Source: Candidatus Dojkabacteria bacterium (GTDB lineage: Bacteria; Patescibacteriota; Dojkabacteria; J137). Taken from it: 39,642 bases of DNA. The position numbers were made by a program, and so were the translations under genes. Shown one piece after another: positions 16,633 to 23,671 of the stretch (positions within the stretch are counted from its first letter, which is position 1; each line of letters starts with the position of its first letter). Under the pieces are notes generated by a model that saw only the letters and a program-made list of their open reading frames with translations, did not search any database and was not told the DNA's origin. Location of the stretch: assembly GCA_020429495.1 (NCBI GenBank), contig JAGQLJ010000002.1, positions 1-39,642 of the forward strand. The letters run 5' to 3'.

Positions 16633-17697
16633 TTGATAATGGAACCACATCCAGTCCCACAAGATATTTTAAACACCGAATTTAAACTATTCGGAAGCTT
16701 TACTTTAAAGCAGTTTTTAAAACTGTTAATGGGAGCACTTGTTGCGCTGGTTATTTTTATAGTTCCAATGCCTGCAATAATTAAATGGCCACTAATTGGA
16801 GTATCTTTACTTATTGGTGTGGGATTAGCCATAGTTCCAAGATTTGGAGTGTGGTTATCAAATTATCTTAAAGCAATGTTTATTGCGCCAAGATATGTTT
16901 GGGTACAAACAACAGAAGCTCCAGATGTACTAAATGAGCAAATTAAAAAGACCATTAAAGAGGATCAAAAAGTAAGCAAAAGCAAAAATAGTGATAAAGT
17001 AAATTTGGATGAAATTTCATTAACCAAATTATTATCCGCAAGAGACAATCCAAGAAAAAGCACTCCATTACCAAAACAAGAAACTACTGATGCACTTGAC
17101 GAACCTGTTCGACAAAACAATATAGATAGATTAATGACAGACGTATTTAAAGGACAGCAACCAAAAGTACAACCTACAAAACCAGTTCAACAAGAACCAG
17201 CAAATAATCTACCTGCAGCAACTCCTGCACAGCCAAGAACCCAAGAGGAATATGCAGCTGAAATACAAAAATTAAAACAAGAAATGCAGTCAATTGGCAA
17301 AGATCAAAAATATAAAGATAGAGAAGCCGATATTCTTCACAGAATAAATGATCTTATGCACGAAATGAAAGTACTCGAGAATAATGACAATCAGCAAGTA
17401 CCAGTAAAAAAAATTAATATTACTGATGATATAGAGGGGCAATATGTGTTTGGTATAGTTGTTGATCAAAAAGGCCAACCAATAAGCAATGCACAGATTA
17501 TATTTGACGACGAGGGAGGTAATCGTGATATATTGGCTTTAACAGGAAATGATGGACGTTTTGCAAGTACACAAAAATTGCAGAAAGGAGTTACTTATAA
17601 TATTTCTGCAAAGCACGATGGCTATACATTTCACACATATAAAATTAGTGTTGGTGATCAAAAATTACCAGCATATAAATTAAGAGCAAAAAAATGA
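16633..17697 (+). CDS. PrgI-family (VirB3-like) membrane protein fused to a C-terminal carboxypeptidase-regulatory-like beta-sandwich
   Basis: The N-terminus MEPHPVPQDILNTEFKLFGSFTLKQFLKLLMGALVALVIF plus a second TM is the characteristic PrgI-family start. A Q/P/K-rich linker follows. The C-terminus GIVVDQKGQPISNAQIIFDDEGGNRDILALTGNDGRFAS..YNISAKHDGY fits a CarboxypepD_reg-like fold. Start is TTG 16633 or ATG 16639. Confidence 0.65.
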   Translation: MIMEPHPVPQDILNTEFKLFGSFTLKQFLKLLMGALVALVIFIVPMPAIIKWPLIGVSLLIGVGLAIVPRFGVWLSNYLKAMFIAPRYVWVQTTEAPDVLNEQIKKTIKEDQKVSKSKNSDKVNLDEISLTKLLSARDNPRKSTPLPKQETTDALDEPVRQNNIDRLMTDVFKGQQPKVQPTKPVQQEPANNLPAATPAQPRTQEEYAAEIQKLKQEMQSIGKDQKYKDREADILHRINDLMHEMKVLENNDNQQVPVKKINITDDIEGQYVFGIVVDQKGQPISNAQIIFDDEGGNRDILALTGNDGRFASTQKLQKGVTYNISAKHDGYTFHTYKISVGDQKLPAYKLRAKK

Positions 17698-17960
17698 AAA
17701 AATCTTACGAAGAACTTCAGATATTGCTCACAAATGCATCAGAGCAAATTAAGCTGGGTAGTTATTGGACTCATTATAAAAATCCTAATAAAAAATACGA
17801 AATTAAAGATCTTGTGATTATTGAAGAAACTGAGAAAGTAGGAATAGTATATGAATCAGAAGATAATCCAGGTATAAAGTTTTTAAGGCCATTTGAAGAA
17901 TTTTTTGAAGATGTTGAGTTTGAAGAAAAGATCATAAAAAGATTTAGACCACTTTCTTAA
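17694..17960 (+). CDS. DUF1653 domain protein
   Basis: 88 aa. WTHYKNPNKKYEIKDLVIIEETEKVGIVYES...FLRPFEEF follows the DUF1653 pattern (Y.HYKG..Y.....E....VvY....w.RP...F). ATGA start/stop overlap with the upstream gene at 17694-17697. Confidence 0.6.
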   Translation: MKKSYEELQILLTNASEQIKLGSYWTHYKNPNKKYEIKDLVIIEETEKVGIVYESEDNPGIKFLRPFEEFFEDVEFEEKIIKRFRPLS

Positions 17961-17963
17961 TCA

Positions 17964-17978
17964 ATACCCGAGGAGGGA
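17964..17978 (-). repeat. 15-nt exact duplicate of the tRNA-Leu 3' end (TCCCTCCTCGGGTAT on the tRNA strand); att-like scar
   Basis: ATACCCGAGGAGGGA at 17964-17978 is identical to 18155-18169, which covers the T-stem, acceptor 3' strand and discriminator of the tRNA at 18156-18239. The T-loop is missing in this copy, so it is a fragment and not a gene. Confidence 0.6.
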
Positions 17979-18118
17979 GTCCCTTATTTCAATTCAATCA
18001 TACCCTTCACAAGCTCAGGGTGATTTCATTGAAAAAGGATCTCGATTTTCTATGCACTCGTTACCTTGTGCAGAAAATCAGAGTCGAACCGTCGGTTCAT
18101 TCAAATAATCGAATATAC

Positions 18119-18142
18119 AAAATAAAAACAACCTAAAGGTTG
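18119..18142 (-). terminator. candidate intrinsic terminator of the tRNA-Leu transcript
   Basis: On the minus strand: CAACC-TTTA-GGTTG followed by TTTTTATTTT, beginning about 14 nt after the tRNA 3' end. The stem is only 5 bp. Confidence 0.4.
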
Positions 18143-18155
18143 CTTTCATTTTATA

Positions 18156-18239
18156 TACCCGAGGAGGGACTCGAACCCTCACGCCTATAACGGCAACGGA
18201 TTTTAAGTCCGCAGTGTCTACCGATTCCACCACCCGGGC
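18156..18239 (-). tRNA. tRNA-Leu (anticodon UAA), class II with long variable arm, no encoded CCA
   Basis: The reverse complement is GCCCGGGTGGTGGAATCGGTAGACACTGCGGACTTAAAATCCGTTGCCGTTATAGGCGTGAGGGTTCGAGTCCCTCCTCGGGTA. It has a 7-bp acceptor stem, D-arm GGAATCGGTAGAC, anticodon loop CTTAAAA, long variable arm and T-arm GAGGG-TTCGAGT-CCCTC. The 5' half is nearly identical to E. coli tRNA-Leu(UAA). TAT follows instead of CCA. Confidence 0.9.
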
Positions 18240-18254
18240 GTATTGAACAGGATT

Positions 18255-18283
18255 ATTTTAACATCCATACTAAATTCTTTGAA
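18255..18283 (-). promoter_or_regulatory. candidate promoter of tRNA-Leu (-35 TTCAAA, 17-nt spacer, -10 TAAAAT on the minus strand)
   Basis: Read from the reverse complement of 18255-18283. The -10 ends 15 nt upstream of the mature tRNA 5' end. Confidence 0.35.
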
Positions 18284-18324
18284 GAGATATTATAATGAAG
18301 GATATTAATTAAAATTCCGACAGA

Positions 18325-19557
18325 ATGGATGACATGCAGCCTACTCAATCAACAGATACAGATATTGCAAATATTCGAGAAGAACGTGCTCAATCAGAGT
18401 GGGATCTGTATAGAAAACTTGCAGAGGAATTTGATGATAAAAGCCTTGTTGAGAGGGTAACTGAGATAAGAGAATATATATTTGACAAGTATGGAAATAT
18501 CAAGGGTGATCCAGTTGTAAGAATTAGAGACAGAAATGTATATTCAGGAAATTTTTCCTTTATTGACCACGAAGAACTTGGTCCTAAATACTTTCCAGAG
18601 TTAGTTAAAAAGATAGATTTACTATATGAATATATTTACGACACGAAAGAAAGCTTCAATATTTCAGATAATTTTGACAGATTACTAAGATTTGCGTCAG
18701 TGGTTTATTCATTAGGTATTACCATCCATCCATATATAGATGGTAATGGGCAAACATTTAGGATTACTGCAATGACATACCTAAGTGAATTTTTTGATAA
18801 AGAATTTAATTTCAAGGAAAATACAAAAATTAGAGGGTCAGTTCCTACCGATATAACTGACGAACTTCCAAAAACTCAACCGCCGAGTAAAACAAGACTT
18901 CAAGTAGCTAAAGATATTGCATATGAGAATTTAGATGCTGAACTTCAGAACATAGTTCAATTGAGGTATAAAAGTCCTACAGATCTTGAATCTGTTGTCC
19001 CACACGAATTTACAGAGCTATTTTTTAGTATGGATATTAGTGACCCAGACAGTATAGAGAAAGTTACATCAGAATTACATAAGGCTTATCCAAGATACAC
19101 AGAATACATAGATTATATTGTAGAGATTTATACTAAATATCCAGAAGAAAATTTCCAGGATCTTGCTGATATTTATGAGTTCCCATTTGATAAATTGATA
19201 GATTCCTATGATGATATAGCTATTTCATTATTTACACATAGTCAAATAGATCAGGTAGAAGAATTAAAAAAATATTTAGATGCCATACTCATAGATCCAG
19301 TAGGATATCGCTTACTTATAGATTATATAGATGGTATAAAAATGGAATATGATAGTGGTTTGCACAAAGCCGCCGCGGGCTCATTTGAAAGAGTTTTTGA
19401 CCAAATTACAAAACTAGCTAATATTTCGGATAAATTTTTGGGACAAAATATGTCTATATCAGTTAGTGACTTTAGAAATAAACTTAGTGGAAAAAATATT
19501 TTGGCTAAGAAAATTAAGCTAACATTAAGGAATATGATTGCATCGCTACGTCAATGA
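18325..19557 (+). CDS. Fic/DOC-family protein with non-canonical active-site motif
   Basis: 410 aa. HPYIDGNGQTFRITAM corresponds to the Fic core HxFx(D/E)GNGRxxR with F->Y and the first R->Q. The rest is unrecognised. TATAAT at 18291-18296 lies upstream. Confidence 0.65.
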   Translation: MDDMQPTQSTDTDIANIREERAQSEWDLYRKLAEEFDDKSLVERVTEIREYIFDKYGNIKGDPVVRIRDRNVYSGNFSFIDHEELGPKYFPELVKKIDLLYEYIYDTKESFNISDNFDRLLRFASVVYSLGITIHPYIDGNGQTFRITAMTYLSEFFDKEFNFKENTKIRGSVPTDITDELPKTQPPSKTRLQVAKDIAYENLDAELQNIVQLRYKSPTDLESVVPHEFTELFFSMDISDPDSIEKVTSELHKAYPRYTEYIDYIVEIYTKYPEENFQDLADIYEFPFDKLIDSYDDIAISLFTHSQIDQVEELKKYLDAILIDPVGYRLLIDYIDGIKMEYDSGLHKAAAGSFERVFDQITKLANISDKFLGQNMSISVSDFRNKLSGKNILAKKIKLTLRNMIASLRQ

Positions 19558-19583
19558 TTAAACTACTAATTTCAATTTATTTA

Positions 19584-20393
19584 TTACTTTAAAGTAAGTC
19601 CAACTGCAAAATTTCTTTTAGGTAGATCGTGAGCTTTTGCATATGTTGCAGAAAAGAGCCTTCCTTTTTCTTGTTCATCATATGTATTTACCCCCGTTAC
19701 AAAAATACTACCTTCATCAATTCCTTCATTTTTGAAATCACTAACAAGCTTTCTTTCTATGTCCATGCTAAACATATCTTTTTCTATATTTGTAAAATCA
19801 GCCCAATGTGGATCTTTTGCTAGTCTGCCTCTTAATTTATCGTCCAAAGATTTTTTATAGTAGTTGCTTGATACTGAAGGGAAAATAAATACTTTCATAT
19901 CAGAAGCTTCGTAGTTATCCCTAATTAATTTTAATGCAATAGTATGGATCTTTAACATTGTTCCATAAATACCAGCGTGCAGATTTGTAATAAACCTTTT
20001 TCCATCTTTCTTATCAACTCCAGTAATACAAATAATTGCGCAGTCAGCTGGAGTAATGATAAGAGGGATGTTTGTAAGCTTAGTGATTAATCCATCAGTA
20101 TTAATTACTACAAACCCAGATTTGTCGTGTCTATTGAATGCTTGATAGATAGGTAAATTATTTTCATCAAGAAATTGAACTTCGTTATTATGTGATGAGC
20201 CAATATAAATAACTTCAGATAAGTTTATTTCTAATAAATCAAATAATTTTTTATATTTTTCGTTTGCATCTTCACTAGAAATTCCCATGTGACCCCATAT
20301 GGAATTATCATATGTAAAAAAATTCTTAACACCAAGCTCTTCAAGTTCGGTAAAGAATCCTAAATTATTTTTTTCTTTAAAACCAGTGTGCAT
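19584..20393 (-). CDS. YfiH/PgeF-family (DUF152, laccase-domain) protein: peptidoglycan editing factor / purine nucleoside phosphorylase type
   Basis: 269 aa. The conserved His-Cys-His triad context is present: SSHNNEV (aligns with the first-His VHG motif), ITPADCAIICI (TADCxPV-type) and NLHAGIYGT (HAGWRG-type). The C-terminal FSATYAK...RNFAVGLTL resembles FFSYRRD..GR. Confidence 0.7.
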   Translation of the reverse strand: MHTGFKEKNNLGFFTELEELGVKNFFTYDNSIWGHMGISSEDANEKYKKLFDLLEINLSEVIYIGSSHNNEVQFLDENNLPIYQAFNRHDKSGFVVINTDGLITKLTNIPLIITPADCAIICITGVDKKDGKRFITNLHAGIYGTMLKIHTIALKLIRDNYEASDMKVFIFPSVSSNYYKKSLDDKLRGRLAKDPHWADFTNIEKDMFSMDIERKLVSDFKNEGIDEGSIFVTGVNTYDEQEKGRLFSATYAKAHDLPKRNFAVGLTLK

Positions 20394-20425
20394 ATCTTAA
20401 ATTATAACTTAGTTGATAATTGAAC

Positions 20426-20463
20426 GGGACTGCCACGTCATTCACTACGTTCACTCCTCGCAG
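20426..20463 (-). repeat. family B intergenic repeat, inverted copy
   Basis: The reverse complement reads CTGCGAGGAGTGAACGTAGTGAATGACGTGGCAGTCCC. It has the same 9-nt and 14-nt flanks as 12050-12098 but a different, shorter centre. Confidence 0.5.
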
Positions 20464-20497
20464 AACGCCGGACTTATTTAGCTTTCTTGTGCTTGTA

Positions 20498-20520
20498 GCT
20501 AGAGGCTCGCAGCTAGTAGC
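20498..20520 (+). repeat. family C GCTAG-rich repeat core (GCTAGAGGCTCGCAGCTAGTAGC)
   Basis: 19 of 23 positions identical to 15946-15968. Like that copy, it is preceded by TTTAGCT (20477-20483). The flanking GCTTGTAGCT / AGCTTTCTT strings recur at 16603-16620. Confidence 0.45.
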
Positions 20521-20558
20521 TTTTTACTGATATAATAACTTCAATATTGATATAAAAC

Positions 20559-22064
20559 ATGATTGATCTAACAATTCCAAAATTTATTGAACTTATTCCA
20601 GACTATGTAATATCTATTGCAGAAGATTTACAAGCAGCTGGATTTGAAGCATATTTAGTTGGAGGAAGTATTAGAGACGTTCTACTAGGAAAAATCCCAA
20701 CAGACTATGATATTGCAACTAATGCATACCCTGAAGATATTCAAAATATATTTCAAAAAACTGTACCAACAGGTGCAAAATTTGGAACAATAATCGTTGT
20801 TTCAGAAAATGAACAAGGAGAACGATTTGACGTTGAGGTAACAACATATAGATCAGATGCAGATTATGTTGGTGGAAGATGGCCAACTAAAGTTGAGTTT
20901 ACTAAAACAATTGAAGAAGATTTAGCCAGAAGAGATTTTACAATAAATGCAATTGCTCTTGATTTGCAGAATTTTGATGAGAGTGATGTAAACATACAAG
21001 AAATTTTAGTTGATCCTTATAATGGAATTTCAGATCTTGAAAATAAAGTTATAAAAGCAGTAAGAGATCCATTAGAAAGATTTACTGAAGATGGCTTAAG
21101 AGCAGTTAGAGCTTGTAGGCTTGCGGCTCAGCTAGAGTTTGAAATAGAGTCAACCACATTTGAAGCAATGAAGCAGACTAACCACATAACTAAACAGATT
21201 TCAGTTGAAAGATTTAGAGATGAGCTAATGAAATTGCTAATGAAATCACCAAAACCATCAGTTGGATTAAGATTAATGAAAGATGCAGGAATCCTAGCTT
21301 TATTTATTCCAGAACTGCTTGAAGGAATAGATGTGACACAACCTGAATACCATGTTGAAGATGTTTTTGAACATAGTTTAAAAACTTGTGATGCAGCAGA
21401 AGATTCAATTAAAGTTGCAGCACTTTTTCATGATATTGGAAAACCAAGAACAATGAGTAAAGATGATAAAGGAACACACTTTTATGGACATGATCAAAAA
21501 GGCGCTGAAATAACAAAAGAAATTATGCAAAGACTAAAATTCCCTAATGCAGAAATAGAAAGAACTGTAAAATTAGTTAGGTGGCATATGTTCTATTATC
21601 CTTCAGGAGATTGGAGAAAAGAAAATCTTGGAGCAGCAAATGTAGCACCAGAAGATCATTATTTAGAGTCTGAGATTAGTGGAGATTCTACAGATTCTTC
21701 TGCACTTGGCTGGACAGACGGAGCAATCAGAAGATTAATAATGAACGTTGGAGGAGAAGATGCAATAGATGATTTATTTAAACTACGAATTGCGGACGCA
21801 ACATCAAATCCCAAAGCACCATTTAACCCAAAAGAAATCGATGCACTTGCCTCAAGAGTAGCAAGAGTAAGGGCAGAAGAAATGGCTCTAAAAGTTACTG
21901 ATTTAGATATAAATGGACATGATCTTACAGAAATTGGAGTTGAAGGAGGAAAACAAATGGGAGAGATTCTGAATCAATTACTAGAAATGGTTATTGACGA
22001 TCCAATGCTAAATAAAAAAGAAACACTGTTAGAGAAAGCTAAAGAGTTAAAAGTTAAGAGCTAA
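20559..22064 (+). CDS. cca: CCA-adding enzyme (tRNA nucleotidyltransferase) with HD phosphohydrolase domain
   Basis: 501 aa. Head-domain motifs GGSIRDVLLGKIPTDYDIAT and RRDFTINAIA. HD domain around AALFHDIGKP. A candidate extended -10 TGATATAAT lies at 20528-20536. Confidence 0.85.
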   Translation: MIDLTIPKFIELIPDYVISIAEDLQAAGFEAYLVGGSIRDVLLGKIPTDYDIATNAYPEDIQNIFQKTVPTGAKFGTIIVVSENEQGERFDVEVTTYRSDADYVGGRWPTKVEFTKTIEEDLARRDFTINAIALDLQNFDESDVNIQEILVDPYNGISDLENKVIKAVRDPLERFTEDGLRAVRACRLAAQLEFEIESTTFEAMKQTNHITKQISVERFRDELMKLLMKSPKPSVGLRLMKDAGILALFIPELLEGIDVTQPEYHVEDVFEHSLKTCDAAEDSIKVAALFHDIGKPRTMSKDDKGTHFYGHDQKGAEITKEIMQRLKFPNAEIERTVKLVRWHMFYYPSGDWRKENLGAANVAPEDHYLESEISGDSTDSSALGWTDGAIRRLIMNVGGEDAIDDLFKLRIADATSNPKAPFNPKEIDALASRVARVRAEEMALKVTDLDINGHDLTEIGVEGGKQMGEILNQLLEMVIDDPMLNKKETLLEKAKELKVKS

Positions 22065-22069
22065 TTTTT

Positions 22070-22108
22070 CTTCTCCACTTAGCCTGCCTAGCGGCAGACA
22101 GTGAGAAG
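22070..22108 (+). terminator. strong compound hairpin just after the cca stop (candidate terminator)
   Basis: CTTCTC(C)ACT...AGTGAGAAG forms an outer stem of 9 bp. The inner stem is CTGCC-TAGC-GGCAG. It begins 5 nt after the stop. The downstream sequence ATGAATTTTGC gives only a short, displaced U-tract. Confidence 0.4.
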
Positions 22109-22175
22109 ATGAATTTTGCTAGAGGTAAAAGAAAGGTGAGGTCTGAAACTTAAGGTACAAATCCTTTTATAATTA

Positions 22176-22232
22176 ACACCTTCCGTCTCTACTTCGCTCA
22201 AGCTAAGTAGAGCCACCTTCCTCAAGGAAGGA
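22176..22232 (+). repeat. structured intergenic repeat, family A: ACACCTTCCGTCT-[variable hairpin]-GCCACCTTCCTCAAGGAAGGA
   Basis: It shares the 13-nt 5' block and 22-nt 3' block with 29761-29814. The central hairpin differs in sequence but not in form: CTCTACTT..AAGTAGAG here and GCCC(C)AA..TTGGGC there. The 3' block contains the hairpin CCTTCC-TCAA-GGAAGG. Confidence 0.55.
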
Positions 22233-22314
22233 ATAATCTATTAATTTCCTAATCTAATACTTTATCTTTGTGTAAATTTCCTCTATATTGTTCTAAAGAC
22301 TATATTTAGAAACA

Positions 22315-23658
22315 ATGAGTTATCAAGCAAGGCGAATAACAATAGCCATATTAATATTACTTACTGTTTTATTAGCAGGAGTAACAATATATGTTGGATT
22401 AAGTTTAAATAATCAACCTACAGACACATCTGTTGCAAATGGAACACTTCCTCTTGGTGCTGCATGCGATGCAGGTAATGATCAATGTTCAGGTAATTTA
22501 GTTTGTTCCCCAAGTTCAGCAGGAGGAGGAAATGTATGTAGTGATCCAGGTGCTGGTGGAACTTGTCCAACAGGAGAAACATGTAGCAGAATTTTAGCCT
22601 TTCACTGTGATCAGCTAGATAATGATGGTAGATGTAATGGTAATAGAACTGAGGTTGCTTCATTCTCTGCAGGACTTGATGTTGCAGCAGGGTGTGGTCA
22701 GGTAGACACTGTTTGTTCTGTTACTGATCAAACTTGTGGAGATTTTCAAATTGTAGGAGGAAGTTGTAGTACTGCTACAACCAATTATACATGTGATACA
22801 GCAAATAATACTTGTGTTGCAGATACGACTGGAGCTTATACATCACTTGGAGATTGTCAAACAGCTTGTGCAGCACAACCTTCATACACATGTACAGCCC
22901 AATATACATGTGCTCAAGTTGCAGCAGGTGAAGGAGAATTTGCAGATGCAGCAAGTTGCGAAGCAGGATGTAATCCACCAGCAGTTAAATATTTATGCGA
23001 TACAACAACATATACTTGTAGAGGAGATGCAAGTGGAACTTATTCAAGCTTTGCAGCTTGTGATGCTGAATGTATAGCTCCTGCTTACAAGTGCGATACA
23101 ACAACATATACTTGTACTCAAGATACAACTGGAACTTACTCTTCAATGCAATCTTGTGAATCAAACTGTATTGAGCCTACAGCTGAAACCAGATACTTAT
23201 GCGACACAAGCACATATACTTGTAGAGGAGATGCAACAGGTCAATATACTGATTTACCGTCATGCCAAAATGGATGTGTTCCACAATTCTGCGGACAGCC
23301 ATGTGGAGGAAAAGATGGAATATCATGTCCAACAGGACACGTGTGTGACCAAAGTCAAAATAGATGTGTACTAACTCAATGTTTAAATAATCCATCTTGT
23401 ACAAATAATGGATGTGTTCTACCAAATACAGCAATTGGAGATGATCCTAAAGACTATGCGATATTTGGTATTTTAATGGTTCTTGCAGGAATTGCAGTAT
23501 ACAAACTACAAGTAGTTTCTAATAGCGTTCTGCTATTACAAGAAATGTTGGGTTCTGGCTTAAGGTCTGAAAAGAAGTCTCAGCTTGAAAAAGAGATGGA
23601 AAAGCTACAAAAAGACAGAGAATCTTATCAATCTAAATTTGAAAAAACTAGCTTTTGA
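22315..23658 (+). CDS. exported Cys-rich repeat protein with LPNTA motif + TM anchor + charged tail
   Basis: 447 aa. N-terminal signal anchor (ITIAILILLTVLLAGVTIYVGL). Five tandem ~33-aa four-Cys modules. LPNTA at 23419-23433 is followed by the TM IFGILMVLAGIAVYKL and a ~50-aa K/E-rich tail. Confidence 0.75.
   Translation: MSYQARRITIAILILLTVLLAGVTIYVGLSLNNQPTDTSVANGTLPLGAACDAGNDQCSGNLVCSPSSAGGGNVCSDPGAGGTCPTGETCSRILAFHCDQLDNDGRCNGNRTEVASFSAGLDVAAGCGQVDTVCSVTDQTCGDFQIVGGSCSTATTNYTCDTANNTCVADTTGAYTSLGDCQTACAAQPSYTCTAQYTCAQVAAGEGEFADAASCEAGCNPPAVKYLCDTTTYTCRGDASGTYSSFAACDAECIAPAYKCDTTTYTCTQDTTGTYSSMQSCESNCIEPTAETRYLCDTSTYTCRGDATGQYTDLPSCQNGCVPQFCGQPCGGKDGISCPTGHVCDQSQNRCVLTQCLNNPSCTNNGCVLPNTAIGDDPKDYAIFGILMVLAGIAVYKLQVVSNSVLLLQEMLGSGLRSEKKSQLEKEMEKLQKDRESYQSKFEKTSF
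22786..23277 (+). repeat. five tandem ~99-nt coding repeats (33-aa module Y.C.....Y.C.......G.Y.S...C...C)
   Basis: Modules: YTCDTANNTCVADTTGAYTSLGDCQTAC; YTCTAQYTCAQVAAGEGEFADAASCEAGC; YLCDTTTYTCRGDASGTYSSFAACDAEC; YKCDTTTYTCTQDTTGTYSSMQSCESNC; YLCDTSTYTCRGDATGQYTDLPSCQNGC. The 24-nt string TGCGATACAACAACATATACTTGT is exact at 22996-23019 and 23092-23115. Confidence 0.85.
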
Positions 23659-23671
23659 GTAAACTGGTGAA

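Noticed and set aside
17961-18125. Second tRNA, tmRNA or tRNA pseudogene downstream of tRNA-Leu
   Set aside because: Only the last 15 nt of a tRNA are present. There is no T-loop, no matching 5' acceptor strand, no tRNA-Ala-like G:U or tag-reading-frame features. It is better explained as an att-like fragment.
18240-20400. Fic + YfiH genes as a tRNA-linked genomic island
   Set aside because: They lie on the 5' side of the tRNA, whereas islands insert at the 3' side. There is no integrase or flanking direct repeat, and YfiH is a common housekeeping gene.
22109-22153. 14-codon basic mini-ORF MNFARGKRKVRSET in the cca downstream spacer
   Set aside because: It is too short, has no SD or promoter evidence, and sits between a terminator-like hairpin and a repeat element. 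It is most likely chance.
22418-23434. Multiple 60-95-aa ORFs in other frames and on the opposite strand of the Cys-rich repeat gene (22418-22663 -, 22775-22978 -, 22793-23077 +, 23156-23374 +, 23177-23434 -)
   Set aside because: They lie wholly inside a well-supported gene. Their translations are low-complexity (L/H/Q/Y/M-rich). They stay open only because the repeat codons (ACA, TGT, CAA, GAT...) rarely create stops in other frames.
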